DNA from: an uncultured Chloroflexia bacterium | GTDB lineage: Bacteria; Chloroflexota; Dormibacteria; Aeolococcales; Aeolococcaceae | Reading direction: 5' to 3' | DNA length: 64,000 nucleotides | NCBI GenBank assembly: GCA_963846365.1 | Contig: CAWJVN010000007.1 | Coordinates: 1,704,133-1,768,132, forward strand | In this document: one piece after another, positions 63,076-64,000 of the stretch | How positions within the stretch are numbered: position 1 is the stretch's first letter | How the letters are laid out: every line of letters starts with the position of its first letter | Notes under the pieces: model-generated | The model's database searches: none | The model's input: only the letters and a program-made list of their open reading frames with translations | What the model was told of the DNA's origin: nothing | Position numbers and translations under genes: made by a program

Positions 63076-64000
63076 ATGGTCGATCGAGTCACCCGCGGCG
63101 TCTGCGCGGCGGTTGTCACCGCCGGTCTCCTGCTCTCCGGGGCCGCCGGCCTCCGGGCGGCGATGCTCACCGCTCCGGCATCGCCGGTGCAGGAGGTGAC
63201 CGCGAACGTCCTGCCGGGCCTCGACCGCCTCGCCCCGCGGGGGCTGCCCTCGCCGCTCACCGAGCTGCACGTCGGCATCGGCCTCGCCGCCGCCGACCCG
63301 GCCGGCGAGCTCGCCCTGTACGACCGGCTCTACGACCCCGCCAGCCCGCTCTACCACCGGTTCCTGACACCCGCCGAGGTGAACGGGCGGTTCGGCGTCC
63401 CCGACGCACGGTTCCGCGCGGTCACCGGCTGGCTGGAGGGCGGCGGGCTGCGGATCTCCCACGTCGATTCCGCCCGCACCTACGTGCAGGCGGTGGGCAC
63501 CGTGGCCCAGCTCGACCACCTCTTCGCCACCACCCTGCGGAGCTACCGCGCCGGCGGGGTCGACTTCGTCGCCAACGACCGGCGGCCCTCGGTGCCCCCG
63601 GGGCTGGGCGTGGTCTCGGTGATCGGGCTCAACACCCTGCAGCGGTTCTCGGTGCCCGCGCGGGTGCAGCCGAAGCCCGGCGTCGGCGGCATCTACACCG
63701 ACGCCTACACCCCGCAGGCGCTGTGGTCGCTCTACGACCAGCCCGCCGACAACCTCGGCCAGGGCCAGACGATGGCGATCATCGGCGCCGGGGCGACCGA
63801 ACTCGGTGATCGGCGACCTGCGCCGCTTCGAGGACCTCAACCACCTTCCGCACGTCCCGATGGCGGTGAAGCACGCCGGCGCCGGCCCCTTCAAGGACAA
63901 CAGCGGCGGGATGGAGTGGGACCTCGACACCCAGGCGAGCAGCGGCATGGCGCCGCTGGCAAAGCGCGAGGACCTCTACTTCGGGGCCACCCTCAGCGAC
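63076..64000 (+). pseudogene. S53 (sedolisin/kumamolisin-like) peptidase, 5' part; frameshift near 63800-63808; 3' end outside window
   Basis: AGGAG lies before the ATG. Signal peptide VCAAVVTAGLLLSGAAG. The pro-domain is LYDRLYDPASPLYHRFLTPAEVNGRFG...TYVQAVGTVAQLDHLF. After ...MAIIGAGATE the protein-like reading VIGDLRRFEDLNHLPHVPMAVKHAG...MEWDLDTQASSGMAP is in the next frame. This ORF is absent from the track because no stop lies inside the window. Confidence 0.7.

Noticed and set aside
1-64000. CRISPR arrays, rRNA genes, reverse transcriptases/retrons and Cas-like genes
   Set aside because: I looked for regularly spaced direct repeats and for RT (YxDD) or Cas signatures in all frames. None were seen. 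The only structured repeats are the att/arm repeats and the IS ends.

Overview
High-GC, Actinomycetota-like chromosomal window with no rRNA genes and no CRISPR array. It has three parts.

(1) 1-12.4 kb. This part holds a partial pip gene, a multiply frameshifted methyltransferase and tRNA-Pro(UGG). A ~10.7 kb pSAM2-type actinomycete integrative and conjugative element (AICE) is inserted in the 3' end of the tRNA, bounded by a perfect 55-bp direct repeat (1676-1730 / 12327-12381). The AICE looks intact. A single translationally coupled operon runs from about 5453 to 12001 and encodes SSB, small Spd-like ORFs, an FtsK-like Tra, a Rep_trans-type Rep, Xis and Int. A divergent module encodes an XRE regulator and an HTH-NUDIX protein.

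(2) 12.4-32.4 kb. This is a mosaic accessory island. It carries:
- an orphan large serine recombinase;
- an overlapping pair of genes, a minimal nucleotidyltransferase and a 432-aa winged-helix protein;
- an IS21-family element with an IS4-family element nested inside it;
- a truncated tyrosine recombinase;
- an operon for a secreted Cys/Trp-rich protein and small membrane proteins;
- a frameshifted kptA;
- many small or unknown ORFs.

A third pair of AICE-type arm repeats lies just outside the AICE right end. This makes the 12.2-12.42 kb junction look like a complete attP, which suggests serial accretion of elements at tRNA-Pro.

(3) 32.4-64 kb. This part is mostly metabolic and redox genes: aldo-keto reductases (AKRs), alcohol dehydrogenases (ADHs), a cupin, a GT1 glycosyltransferase, a VOC protein, AraC and MarR regulators, a 1-Cys peroxiredoxin, an MBL-rhodanese fusion, a BBE-type FAD oxidase, a PHB-depolymerase-family esterase, a CocE/NonD hydrolase, an SMP-30 protein, a MacB-type permease and an S53 peptidase. 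It also holds surface proteins and a striking number of frameshifted, truncated or chimeric gene remnants.

The best candidates for an undescribed system are the NTase/wHTH pair beside the serine recombinase (15086-16943), the XRE + HTH-NUDIX module of the AICE (3595-5147) and the secreted-protein/membrane-protein operon (23966-25235). All functional calls rest on motif-level reading of the translations. No database search was possible.
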